Origin: Eledone cirrhosa | Lineage: Eukaryota | NCBI GenBank assembly: GCA_964016885.1 | Contig: OZ024741.1 | Span: 299,584,001 to 299,648,000 of the forward strand | Direction: 5' to 3' | Length of the DNA stretch: 64,000 nucleotides | Shown: positions 14,868 to 28,650 of the stretch, one piece after another | Layout of the letters: each line of letters starts with the position of its first letter | Position numbering within the stretch: position 1 is the first letter of the stretch | The notes under the pieces: model-generated | What the model was told of the DNA's origin: nothing | Database searches by the model: none | Seen by the model: only the letters and a program-made list of their open reading frames with translations | Program-made: the position numbers and the translations under genes

Positions 14868-14926
14868 GAATTATGCCGTACAGTGTTTAGGAAACGTGAT
14901 TGCCTAAACACTGTACGGCATAATTC
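14868..14926. repeat. Perfect 24-bp-arm hairpin
   Basis: GAATTATGCCGTACAGTGTTTAGG, 11-nt loop, CCTAAACACTGTACGGCATAATTC. Confidence 0.95.
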
Positions 14927-15014
14927 GGGCTGTTTGTTTGTTTACAAACAAACCGATCATTAAAATAAATGTTCGGTAAACCGATACGTATATATATATA
15001 TATATGTGTGCATG

Positions 15015-15108
<94 letters not shown>

Positions 15109-16159
15109 ATTAAAATAAATAAATATCAATGGTTTAATAAATTATTTAATTGACAGTTTTTTCATTCAAGTGCAGAAGTAGGTAGCATTCTATTCTCCTA
15201 TATAGAATTCATCAGAATCATTAAATAATATAAAAGGAGATGTTATTTTCCCTAACTAATAAAGTTACGACCAATTTTAATTCTATATATAGTATGGTAA
15301 GGAAAATTAATATAAAATTATAGACGTTTAAATTAGTAATATGATGTTGGAAGATTTCTAATAGGACGATTTCTGATTCTTAAGACCTAATAACTTAAAC
15401 GTTAAGTATATTTTATTTAATATTGTGTATTTGAATGAATATTGTGTATTTGAAAGAAACACATGTAAATGAATTAAAGCTAGGCTAGTTATTTACTCAT
15501 TTTATATACGCCCTGCGATTTTGTAAAACTACTATGAAAATTTAAAAATTGGCGGAAATTCAGAACTATCTTTTGTCAATCTTACTGTGGAAAATAAAAT
15601 CGCATTCCAGCTTTAAATATCTGTCTGCCTTATACAGTTGTATTATAAACTCATCTGACCTACTTTGTATAAGTTTATGTAGTTGTTTTGTAAGATTCTT
15701 GATGTGAAATTGTGTGTTAAAATCGATATTGTCATATTTAGGGAGTTTAATATTTCCAATTTAAAAACATACTCACAATATAATTTTCACCATTTCACTT
15801 TATCTTTATTACCAGCTATTCTTTCGTTCATCGAAGTTCTCGTCACATTCTGTGAACTCTACAATAAGTATCTGTTCTATGTTGTTCCCTCATCTTCCTA
15901 GTCTTAATCTGTTAATCAATCTTGTCTTTTGTCTATATGTACGTCAATACACTACAATTAACGCAGGTCCGGCAGGAAAGGGTTTGTACTTGGAATGAGG
16001 CACCACTGAAAAAAGTAGTTTTTCATCGCTGATCGCAGATATCGTTCCCAAATTGCGCGACGTTTTGTGTTCTCAGGCGTCAAGAAATTTTATGTTACGC
16101 TTATAAATAACATTTTATGTTACAGCTGATAAATAAAAAAATGAGGATGGAGTAACAGA

Positions 16160-16420
16160 TTAAGAACAGAGAGGAGAGGAGGCACAAAGAGAGCAGATAC
16201 TCATGCAGGAGGTCACAGAATGGCGAACAAAATATTTTGACGAGACGAACTAAGCAATAAGTAATAATGAAAATAAAATGAAAGAGTGAAAATTAAATTG
16301 TACAAGTGTTTTGTTTGCAAATACTGTCAACATGACCATTCCCAAATATAACAATATAACAATATACATGTATATATTGTTATGTATGTATATATAAGAA
16401 TATATATATATATATATATA

Positions 16421-16481
<61 letters not shown>

Positions 16482-16695
16482 ACAATATATATATGTATAT
16501 TGTTATATTGTTATATTTGGGAATGGTCATGTTGACAGTATTTGTAAACAAAACACTTGTAAAATTTGATTTTAACTCTTTCATTTTATTTTCATTATTA
16601 CTTATTGTTTAGTTCGTCAAAATTCTTTTGTCGCCATTCTGTGACCTGAATGAGTATCTGCTCTCTTTGTGCCTCATCTTCTCTCTGTCCTTAAT
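16160..16695. repeat. Imperfect inverted repeat (~225 bp arms) around a (TA)n spacer
   Basis: 16160-16385 is the reverse complement of 16477-16695. A related fragment lies at 24765-24792. Confidence 0.85.
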
Positions 16696-16840
16696 ATATA
16701 TATATATACATATCCCATGTACGTCAATACTCATCTTTTTCAATTTATCTGAGGATTCTGAACCCCATTATCAGGCTAAAATTGAAAGCAGTTCTATTTT
16801 CTAATTTCAAGCCTGGTCACTGTTTCAAAACATACTTACT

Positions 16841-16999
<159 letters not shown>

Positions 17000-17022
17000 A
17001 TATATATATATATATGTATATA

Positions 17023-18163
17023 GCAGATCCTCAGCTCGTAATGGTCATGGTTATATGGAATAGGGAGGACAACCGTATGAACGCGCAGGTGCAGAAACGG
17101 TCACTTCACCCAGGCAATATAAAACTGCGGCCGAACGGTGTAAGGCAAATAACTGCGAAAGTGTCGAAAAGTTCTAGTTGATAAGAAAATTAGGATTTTG
17201 TTGTTATTCAATCCGGAGCTTTGTAGTTATGTAAGAGGTGTTTCCAGACATGTGGGCAACCTGTGAAGATTTCAATACTTGGTGTTTAGGTAATCGCTGT
17301 TAAGTAATCTCTTTAGAATATTTATCTTTTCATCAATACATAGTCCACAAGACGGAGGTTCCTTGCGTAAGGCTTGGACTTAGTGATGGCTTTCCATTGA
17401 ATGGAGTAGTTTATACTTGAGTCCTTGAGGGACCATACGTGGCTCGCGAGTTCGTGGATGATATTTTCGGGTACCTAAAGGTCGACTGATGGTTCAGGAA
17501 GCGTTTCGTAAATCAGCCCTCCGCCATTACCACATAGGATTTGACCTCCTGTGGTTGATTTTGTCGGTTGGAAGTGACCACAGCTTCATAAACTACAGCG
17601 GCTGTGTTGCATTGCTGTTGAAGGGGACAAGCTTCAGGCTTTCGGCAAGAGCACCCTGGTGCGGTGTTGCTATTCGAGCTGTTGGTGATGTGGGCCTTCA
17701 TATTCTTAGCGCAGGAGTACCCTAGTTTTACTTTCTGTCTGTTAGAGATGGAGCGGTATTTGTGACCTATGGGAAAGTTTCTAGCTATGATGGCTAAAAA
17801 TATTGTTCCTACATTGGTTTTAACGTTGAGTGAAAAGGGAGGAGAGAACCAGATAGCCTGTCTATTGTTACGCTTTCTTTTCTTATTGCTGTTGTTGTTA
17901 TTGGGAGAGTAAGTGATAGGTTGCAAGAAGCCGCTGTTAGCTAACGCCGTGTTATAGTAGGGTGCCGCTCTATCAAAGATAGCTTTATTAGAGGAGAGGT
18001 TAGAGATTCTAGTACTGATATTATTTACGAAGTTTCTAAAAACAGTGGGAGGGTGGCATGAGTCCTTGTAATAATTGAGTTTTTCGTTAAGCTTATGGAA
18101 GGGTCTGTATGTGTGTCTGCGAAGGTCTAAATTAATGTCTAAGAAATCTACGCTAGAGAATGT
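17023..18163 (-). mobile_element. 5'-truncated Penelope-like element (Naiad-like): RT C-terminus plus GIY-YIG
   Basis: VDFLDINLDL...RPFHK, IWFSPPFS, CSCRKPEACPL linker, VVYEA...YVVMAEG. Inserted between microsatellites. Confidence 0.9.
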
Positions 18164-21100
18164 TATATATATATACATATATATATATAGAGAGAGAAAG
18201 TGAGGGGGGAGATACATACATATTACTACAGAGTTCCAATGGTTATTTTACTCAGATTCTTTACTTTGACTTAATATGCTGTAAAACAATTGTATATTTA
18301 TAAAATAGTTATCTTTTACGTTTTATAGCAAATATTAAATATGGTTAATAACGACAGCAAAGCAGCCGTAGAACTAGTTGTAGGTCATGTAATAATGAAA
18401 TTATAGCAATATCCACGGCCTTATTAATAACAGTAGCCGTTTTTGAAAGGCAAAGAAGAAGGTTTATAGCAACAAATGGAAAACATTTTAAGGGAATAAA
18501 AGAGAGAAAAGTTTCCCGATGAAATGCAGAATGAAAAAAGAATGGAAGAAATGGGAATGAGAACAGAACAAACATGAATAATTAGAATTCATATTGAAGA
18601 AATACATGAGTCGAAAGCATGAGAAATATATGAAAGAGGACAATGAAACTGAGCATGGCTATATTACTGCTGAAACTGCTGGTGGTGATGATGATTATCA
18701 AGCAGTTTAAAAAGGAAAATGATCGGAGAAAAGGAATGACAATTTGCAGAAGCAACTCGTCCTTCAATTAGCATGTTTGATGTAAGACGCTGGCGTATTT
18801 GATGGCAATATCATCGGAATATCAAATTACATACAATTACTTCAGTCAGAATGTTTGTGAATTAGTAATCCCATTAGATTATGGGAAAAAGAAATGAAAA
18901 AGATTGAAAAAAATAAATTTCATTATAAAAACAAGCACCTGCCAAATATCAAGTACGACACAAGTTTAATGTATTCTCAAAAAAAATCAATGTCACTTAA
19001 ATTATTTAATAATCCACTACAAGTTAAAAATTTGAACATGAAAAAAGAGTTATCTTAAAAACAATAAAAAACATTGTTATGAAACTACAAATAAAAACAA
19101 ATATTAACATAAACATGTCTAGAAATTGCTAAATCGAGGTGGAACGTTATAAAAAGTTACATAAATTCTATATATAATAAAATTGATACTATATATATAT
19201 GTATATTTTATAGGTATATACATATATTACATTCGATCGTAACTTTTCCCGAGTTTGTTTTGCTTTTACCAAGTCATATATTTTAAACTTTTTAAGAATA
19301 ATTTTTCGTATGCACAAATAATATGTTGTTCCCCACCAACACATCGTAAACTCCTATCTATGTTCGTTAATGGATATTGATGTGTATATATATAAAAACA
19401 TACGGAAATAAATTTATGCCTCTGTATATATATATATATATATATGCATATATATGGAGGGGGCGTTTGTTTCTGTACGCAAAAGAGAAAAATTCAATCA
19501 AGATATGATGTGGATTTAAATATATGTGTAAAATGTATTAGTACTTTCACTTATGTCTAAATTAATGTCTGTTTCTTATGAGAAGTTGCAGACATCTATT
19601 ACGGTCTAGAAATGTTTATACCCTCAATTGGAGTATTATATTTTCAATTGTACTTGGTAGTATATACAGTATTAAAGGGGAGATTGTAACAGTTCTCTCA
19701 AGATAAAGACAATTATAATATTAAAAATACAGATGTTTTTTTTATTTAGCCACTACTCCAGAAATATATGAGAAATCGAACATTCGGTTTCATCAACTCT
19801 AAGTACCTGCCTGGTATGTTCTTGTATCGACCTCTAAATGATGAAATGCTGAATTTAAATCTGCAGGATTACAATCCAAAATGTAAATCGTCGGAACAAA
19901 TGCAGCAAATCATTTGTTCAACATTCTAATGATTTTGTTAATCCTCCAACTTCAGGCTAAAATCTACATACTTTGGAGTAGAATCAGTACAACCGATTAG
20001 TAGTTTTAATTCTGATAGTACCTTCGTATTTTTACCTCTATTTTTTTTGCTTTTCATCCATTACGGTTCTAAAATTCATTAGAAGTAAGATTTACATTCG
20101 GTAATATATTTAAAGAGAATAGACAAAGTGTAAAAATGATGTGACAGGAAAATATGTAAACTTGTGGTCTGTGTTTACAATCTGAAAGTTTAAGCTTTGC
20201 AAGGTTGTTCCATTAAATTATCTATATTGATTGAATCCATCCTCCTCTCTTATTTGCATATATATTAGATATTCCTCCAGGGTATCCAATTAATAATGGT
20301 GATATATATCAACTAATACCTTAACACTTCACACAAAGTAGAATATTTTATTTTAATCATTTTCTAACCCAGAAAAGAGAGAGAGAGAAAAACAAAAAAG
20401 GAAAAAAAAATATTTTTCTTCCTAATAATCGTCTCTTTCTCCCTGTTTTCATATATATATATCTTAACTCGTGTGCCTCCTCTTCACATTTCATTATTAT
20501 TATTATTCACCCCGACACGAGATACAGAAAATGCCTACTAAAATAAAAACAGACTCCACTCTCATTAGCATCAATCAAAAGATACTCCAAGAACTACAAA
20601 CTATTAACTCTAATTTGTCAATACTCACCAACAAATTAACTCTACAAGTGAAGAAACAATCCCCAAATACACATCCTATGAAATCAACAACAATATCAAT
20701 AACTTATGTGAAACAATAAAAACACACCTGAATAACAACACAAACCCTATTCAAACGAACGAAAAAACACATGACACTAATACACTTACAACTTAACAAA
20801 TAAAAAAGAAATTAATACCACAATGGTAGACATCTCTTAAAAACAGGAAATTCTCCTTTTGGAAGATAATACAAAACAATAACAAAGCGGAGATCTATGA
20901 AAAATTGATTAACTCATCCCCATTAATCTTCCCCCGCAAACTACAAATTAAAACCATCCCAAACGAACCAGAGACACAAAGACGCCTCAGGGAAATAATG
21001 GCACTTGATAACATAAAAACCGAAATTGAACTCCTTAAATTAAGAGCCGAAGCAAAAGAAGATAGGATCAAATCAATCGACGATGAGATTAATCAACCAA

Positions 21101-21669
21101 TTATCAGTATAACCAGAAACACCACCCTAGAAAATATTTCAATATTATGGTTAGAGGACTGTAATACGGAAGAATTAAAATCCCTTCAACGCGGAGAAAT
21201 AAACGAAACCTGGTTCTCTAACTATGAAACACATTTCCAAAAGGAACACACATCGAAGAACCCCTTCAGTGAAACCATAATAACAAGAGAACTCAATCAA
21301 CACCCAATCACCACACAACAACCAACAACAACAAAAAAATAATACCTCCTCACATACCAACAAAAGAAGGCATCACCTCGCCCCTACCTCCTACATCCTC
21401 CACACAACTACCACACGGACTCCCAAGCAACAAATATAGTAATAGAGAAACATCAGCTACAAGATAGACACTACAACTTCTCTCCTACCAGGAGAAACCA
21501 TAAAATCCCCCACACTTACAACCCCCCTTACATCCCCACACAACAAACCCACAACCATCATTACTTCAAACATAGAACCCAAAATACACAACTACCACAC
21601 ATGTCACACAGGGCCTCACAACCACACACCAGCTATAAGGAAACCCTAATCTACCCTCCCCCACTAACC

Positions 21670-22075
21670 ACATCCTACTACTACAACACCAGCAGGGGAC
21701 AATACAACCACACGAGACACCCTTACCACTACAACCACTATAGCTACACACCATGTAACAGCAACAAGAGGACTCAATATGACCACACAAGACAACACTG
21801 CTACAACTACCAGCAAGTCTACACATCCTACAACAACAGCAGTGCTCAACACAACCATACGATACAACCCAACTTCAACAACCACGACAACTTCACACCC
21901 TATAACCACGTCCATCAAATCTACACACCCTACAACAACATCAGCAGGGATCAATACAACCACACGATACAGCCTAAACTCAACAACCACCACAGCTACA
22001 CACCATCTTACAACAACAGCAGGGGCCAATACAACTACAACAGACATCCAAACTTCAACATACATCACAACTTCC
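21670..22075 (+). repeat. Degenerate ~75 bp coding minisatellite in Penelope ORF1 (Y/H/N/Q-rich)
   Basis: About five recurring YTPYNNSRGQYNHT-like units in ORF 21601-22122. Confidence 0.75.
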
Positions 22076-24433
22076 GTAATCATTTTTTAGACACAACACA
22101 CAGACACAGGATTACAAGATAACACAAAACACACAGGAGACACAAAATGCAATAAAAATTGTCAATTTAACCTCTAAAGAATTAACAATAGACCAAATCA
22201 ACATACTCTCCAAAGTTCTAAAATTTACACCAACTCCCCAACAACCAAACTACCCCGAAATAAAGGTAGATATTGCAGAATTCTGTAGAAAACTAAGACT
22301 CAGCGAACAACTATACGACAAATACAATGAGGATGACTCACTAGCCAGAAATAGAAGCAACTACACCCGACCAAAAGGCAAGAATAAATTCCTCGATCAA
22401 TTCTGCGAACACATTACTAATTACCCAAACCACCACCTACACAGACATAAACAAAAACCAAACCTAAGCAAAAAAGAATGGAATGGTCTTAACAGTCTAA
22501 CAAACGACAAACCCCTAACAATCAAAGAGGCAGATAAAGGAATTGCAGTAGTCCTTATGGAGACAGATTATTACATTATCTAGTACATAAAACCTAGAAA
22601 ACTAAACATATTATGAAAAGGCCCAACACTACACACAACACAAAATAATGAGAAACCTAAAATCGCTAGCAACCCTTTACAAAGAAGGATTACAGACAAG
22701 GAATACAACTACATCACCAATTTCAAAAGCAGAACCAGCCTCTTCTACGGTATCCCCAAGACACACAAAAGAGAAGTAATAGGTAGCGCCTGCAAGCAAG
22801 CCACAGACATTTACATCGATATAGCCTCTCCTGATGACCTTAAATTAAGACCCATAATAGCAGGCACCACATGTGAAATCCACCGACTAATCTAACTTCC
22901 TAGATATTCTGCTTAAACCTTTCCTAAAACAGATACAAAGCTTCATAAGGGACGACCTTGACATGCTCACCACCTCCCAACAACACTCAATAACGAACAT
23001 ACGCTACTAGTAACCTTTGATGTCATCAATCTATATTCCAATATCCCACACAACCTAGGTATAGTGGCAATACAATTCTGGATGGAAAATTTCCCTAGTG
23101 AACTCCCACAGCGCATTCCTAAAGAATTTGTGTTGGAGGGACTCAAATTCATCTTGGAAAACAATTTCTTCGAATTCAATGCCAAATACTACAGACAGAA
23201 ATCTGGGACTGCCATGGGCACGAAAGTGGGCCCCTCATACGCCAACCTTGTCATGGGATATTTGGAAACCACTCTTTACCGCAAAGTTCTAGACAAATAC
23301 GGCAACCACTTCTCCAACACATAGAAAATAACTGGAAGAGATATCTGGACGACTGCTTCATCACCTGGCATGAAAGTATAGATAGACTGTCTGAGTTTAA
23401 AACCCTTCTGAATGGACTCAACACAAACTTACAATTCACAATGGATTACAGCCATGAACAACTCCATTTCCTTGACATCCTCATCAAGAAAACAAGAAAA
23501 AAAAATAGAAACAGACATATACTACAAACCACAGACTCCAAACAATACCTTCCATTCAACTCGTGCCACCCTAGACACACCAAATGGCAATTCCTTATAA
23601 GCTAGCCAGAAGGATCTGCACAATAGTTTCAGATAAATACACATGCTAGAAGAATTAAAAAAAACACTTATCAGCAGAAAATACGCCCCATCCCTAATCA
23701 CCAATGGATTCCAACGTGCCCTAAAACTAGATACCCAGGAACTCAGACACCCCAAATCCAGGAATGAACCGCAACAAAACACTCTACCATACATCTCCAC
23801 ACACAACCCCCTCAACAATGAGGCATTCGAGACCATCCTCCAGAACATTCCTTTACTAAAAAGAGACCCAAGAATGAACAAAATCCTCCAAACACACAAC
23901 ATCATAAAGAGCAAAAGACAACCTAGATCCATAAAAAACATCCTCACACAAGCCAAAATCCAACAAACCCTTACAATGAACCCTACAGTAACAAAATGCG
24001 GAAGGCCCAACTGTGGCACATGCATAAATCTAAAAATCGGACCAATCTAAAACTGCAACAAACAATCAAACATTTACCTAATCCTTTTTCTTAAATAAAT
24101 TAAATATCATCCAGCAAGAATTGCTTCCCCCTGCATATTAACTCTCTAAAAAGGGAAAATGTTATCAAACCTCAGTTCACCATTTGCCTTCATCGTGGAA
24201 TCATGGATCAACTAAGCACTCTTGCTATATTAACACATTTTGATCTGCTTAACTTCAATAACTCTGCCTGTAAATAACATTATTTTTTCTTCCACATTGA
24301 TATTTTATGCTCTACGTAATGCACGGTTTTTTTCCTTTTTCTTTTTTTCTTTTCACTTCATAAACCTTGTTTTTAAATAACATTAATCTTTCTGCACCTT
24401 CTGTTTAACATGTGCGGCACCACACTAATACAT

Positions 24434-24483
24434 TTGACTATCATTTGTAAATGCATAAAAATGCTGAAACCGGTAATAGACAA
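24434..24483 (+). ncRNA. Degenerate hammerhead remnant in the Neptune-like 3' pLTR
   Basis: TTGACTAT...CATTT/AAATG..GAAA-CCGG-TA-ATAGACAA. Stems I-III are recognisable but CUGANGA is missing. Confidence 0.5.
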
Positions 24484-24786
24484 TTATTAAATATATAAAT
24501 AGATAAATAAATGCCATTGTTAAATAATAAATAAATCAACTAATATCTTAACACTTCACACAAAGTAAAACATTTCGTTTTAATATTTTCTAACCCAGAA
24601 AAGAAGAGTGAGAGAAACAAAAAATGAAAAAAAGATATGTTTCTCCCTAATAATCGTCTCTTTCTCCCTGTTTATATATATATATATATATATATATATT
24701 TCGTTTCTGAATTTGTTTAGCAAGATTCTTTATCTGAAATCGTGTGTTGAAACCGTGTTATTGGCAACATGACCCTCCCAAAGTAT

Positions 24787-24882
<96 letters not shown>

Positions 24883-24957
24883 TAACTCGTGTGTTTCCTC
24901 TCCACATTTCATTATTATTACATATATATATCTTTATTATTATATATATCTATATCA

Positions 24958-25062
24958 AAGGTTAACTTTGCCTTTCATCCTTACGAGATTGATACAAAAA
25001 AGTACCAGTAATGCACTGGGTAATTGCTGGCCTTGTGCCTAAAGTAGAAACAATTATTATTA
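24958..25062 (+). mobile_element. Truncated Deu/Nin-like SINE
   Basis: GGTTAACTTTGCCTTTCATCCTTACG...GCCTTGTGCCTAAAGTAGAAACAATTATT. Confidence 0.85.
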
Positions 25063-25199
25063 TATATCTGTATATCTATAGAGTTTTAATATAGATAAGA
25101 TTCTACAGGACTAGAACTGTTTCATTCTTTATGTATATATATATGTATATATATAGGTGTATATATGGATATATTTGTATATATTTCTGTATGCATGTA

Positions 25200-25277
<78 letters not shown>

Positions 25278-25363
25278 TATATATGTACACATGTATGTAT
25301 GTGTGTATGCATATGTATGTATATTTGTATGTGTGTGTGTATATGTATGTGTGTATGTATGTA

Positions 25364-25429
<66 letters not shown>

Positions 25430-25432
<3 letters not shown>

Positions 25433-26134
25433 GGATTTAAATGGATACAGTTCAGTAAAAGGAATTTATTGACACGTGTTTCAATAACAGTTATATAACC
25501 TTAAAGCAGCTGCTATCTACAAAGTATTAATTATGCAGACACTCAATATTTCAATGTTATTTTCATCTATCATTTCATCAGAATAATCTCATTGAGAACT
25601 TGTTTGGTTTTTATAGAGAATATTAAGAGGGAGGAGTGAAGTTAGAAGAATAGTTAAGGGAGTGGATAGAAATTTTTGATAGCAGTGGATAATTAGATTC
25701 CCATCTGTTGTTTTGACATTTTTTATAGAATACATTATTTGGTGTTGGTTATTTTTCTAAATCTATAGAAGGATTTAGAGACAGTAAAGATATGAATGGT
25801 TGGTTTTGTGTTTGCACTTAATTAACATACAGACTTAAATTTTTCTTTCAAGTGTGTGTATCCGTTCGCCCACACATAGATATATGTGTATATATACTTA
25901 TTTTTTAAAAAAAACATACACATTCACACACATACATATATGCACACCTCTACAAATACATACACTCACATACACATACTTACATGCTCATACTTACATA
26001 CATTACATACATATATGCATTTACATATATATATATATACAGTATTTTCCGTTGTGTTGTAATATAAATATTACACACAGTAGATTAACAGCTCACGTGG
26101 AGTTTGCTCGACGGTTCCAGTTGTAGTTCCAAAA

Positions 26135-26215
<81 letters not shown>

Positions 26216-26267
26216 TATATGTACCTACATACGCATTCATGTATATACACTTTCATACTCTACTTAT

Positions 26268-26320
<53 letters not shown>

Positions 26321-26372
26321 AATATACATATACATGAATACAAATACGTTTAATTATACACATCAAATATAT

Positions 26373-26451
<79 letters not shown>

Positions 26452-26503
26452 AATATACATATACATGAATACAAATACGTTTAATTATACACATCAAATA
26501 TAT

Positions 26504-26565
<62 letters not shown>

Positions 26566-27225
26566 TCACCCACTTATTTACTTATTTATATACATTTTCA
26601 CCTATATACATACATATGGTCGCTTTTAGACACATTCATTATAGCATATTCGCACCTATTCTTACCAGCATATTTATCCATTATTGGTGTGATAATTTAA
26701 GGTTATTAATAGTACATATATATGTTGAGAAGTGATTGTTTTTATATTTTTCCAACTAGATTGAGATTTGTATAGTTGGGAGGATGTCCCTCGTTTATGT
26801 AATATTCAGCTTGTAGTGGGAAAAAAGGGTTTTAGTTCGGTAACGGCAGAATAATGTTCGTTCAATTCTGTTATTAAGCAGTTTCTTCTTGTGTGTGATT
26901 ATGTAATACATCTCAATATTACATAATTTGCAGAAATTTTGGCTCCTGGAAAAGCTTTGGGTTTTAGCTAATTTCTCCCATTTTAGGGTAAACTTTTGAT
27001 CGCTATCCCTGAGTGTCCAAGCTTTTTCTGCTAAAGTTGTTACATTTCTTTGGCTCTGGTGTTTTATTGAGTAAGAATGCCTATATAATCGAGATTTAAA
27101 TGATGTTGCCGTTGATCCCACGTAATACCACTCGTTGCCTCCGGATTAAATGGTACACTTATAGATGATATCTTTTTCAAGGCAGTTATTGCTGAGAGGG
27201 CAATTGTCAGGATAGGTGCAGTTAC
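25430..27225 (-). mobile_element. 5'-truncated Naiad-like Penelope copy (GIY-YIG end, 3' UTR, pLTR); same family as 37465-39960
   Basis: CNCTYPDNCPL, YYVGSTATSFKSRLYRH. 26580-27225 matches 37530-38175. 25430-26135 is the reverse complement of 39330-39960. Confidence 0.9.
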
Positions 27226-27301
27226 ATATGTATGTGTGTATGTATGTATGCATATATATATATATATATATATGCATACATACATACACACATACATATA
27301 C

Positions 27302-28198
27302 ACATTCTTTATGTAGGCGGATAGTACCTGATTTTGGAGTCGCAGAAACCAAATACTGGATTTTACAAACAGTCCAGGATCCGGGTAAATTATCAATCAC
27401 ATATATATTTATTGTCTGACCCGAATTACTTGGTCGTTTATTTTGGCAGTGCGGATGATCTGTTTAACCATCATCTCAGTGTGTTTGGCCCTTAACGTAT
27501 GTTGTAGCTCTGATTCACATGAATCATCGAGCGCTTGCCACACATATCGGACGTTGATTTTCGTTAATTCCTGAGCTGAAATACGATTCTCGCTAATTTA
27601 TATTTGTATTAATCACCAGAGTCTAGCTATTGAGCAGTTAATTTTATTGATTTTTTTAGTTGCTTCTATTGACTGTTGAATAGCTCTGTTATGTTTAACC
27701 ATTCTGTCGAGAGCTTTATTCGATTTGTGATATTTTGCATTCTCGCAATATTATACATAACTGAATTCATTCGCCTAATATAAGTGTTGCCTCCCTTGCT
27801 GAACTCCACGTGGGGTCAGTAATAGCCACACTTATGTATAGCATTTGGAGCAAAAACCCGTTGATAACACGGCTTCCTTGTTCAATCATCTTACCAGAAG
27901 CCCAACATTCTTTATGTAGGCGGACAGTACCTGATTTTGGAGTCGCAGAAACCAAATACTGGATTTTACCAACAGTACAGGGTCCGGGTAAATTATCAAT
28001 CACATATATTTTTATTGTTTGACCCGAATTACTTGGTCGTTTGTTTTGGCTATGCGGATGACCTGTTTAACCACCATCTCAGTGTGTTTGGCCCTTAACG
28101 TATGTTGTAGCTCTGATTCACATGAATCATCGAGCGCTTGCCACCCATATCGGACGTTGATTTTCGTTAATTCCTGAGCTGAAATACGATTCTCGGTA

Positions 28199-28202
<4 letters not shown>
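27302..28202. repeat. Direct repeat, ~300 bp shared, ~604 bp period (pLTR-like)
   Basis: CATTCTTTATGTAGGCGG...GATTCTCG.TAATTTATAT occurs at about 27303-27603 and 27906-28205. Confidence 0.85.
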
Positions 28203-28253
<51 letters not shown>

Positions 28254-28361
28254 ATATTACTAACATATGTATATATATATATATACAATATATTACTATT
28301 TGGAAACTACATTTATAAAACCATATTTATTTTATTATATATATTTCAAGGGAAACCAAGG

Positions 28362-28435
28362 TAAATTACAGATTTGTTTTATAAATAAATATTGACATAC
28401 CCAGAAAAAGGCAACCTTAACCGTTGGAGCTTCCT

Positions 28436-28493
<58 letters not shown>

Positions 28494-28620
28494 CTGCATA
28501 TATATATATATATAGCTGCATATATATATATATACATATATATCCAGGAAGCTCCAACGGTTAAGGTTGCCTTTTTTCCGGGTATGTCAATATTTATTTA
28601 TAAAACAAACCTGTAATTTA
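28362..28620. repeat. Inverted repeat (~80 bp arms) around a (TA)n spacer
   Basis: TAAATTACAG...GAGCTTCCTGGATA pairs with TATCCAGGAAGCTC...CTGTAATTTA. Confidence 0.9.
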
Positions 28621-28650
28621 TCTGATGAGAGTGCATATATATATATATAT

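Larger units (their letters stand above)
20306..24920 (+). mobile_element. Neptune-like Penelope element with direct pLTRs, ORF1 and RT; GIY-YIG deleted
   Basis: Direct repeats 20306-20505 and 24535-24920. RT motifs KEADKG, LRPII, FDVINLYSNIPH, GTAMGTKVGPSYANL, RYLDD. CGRPNCGTC linker. Multiple frameshifts. Confidence 0.9.

Noticed and set aside
15175-15222. Minus-strand CTGATGA followed by an ATTCTAT/ATAGAAT stem
   Set aside because: Followed by GCTA rather than GAAA; at best a decayed remnant.
16740-16800. CTGAGGA...GAAA motif
   Set aside because: Stems I and II do not pair convincingly.
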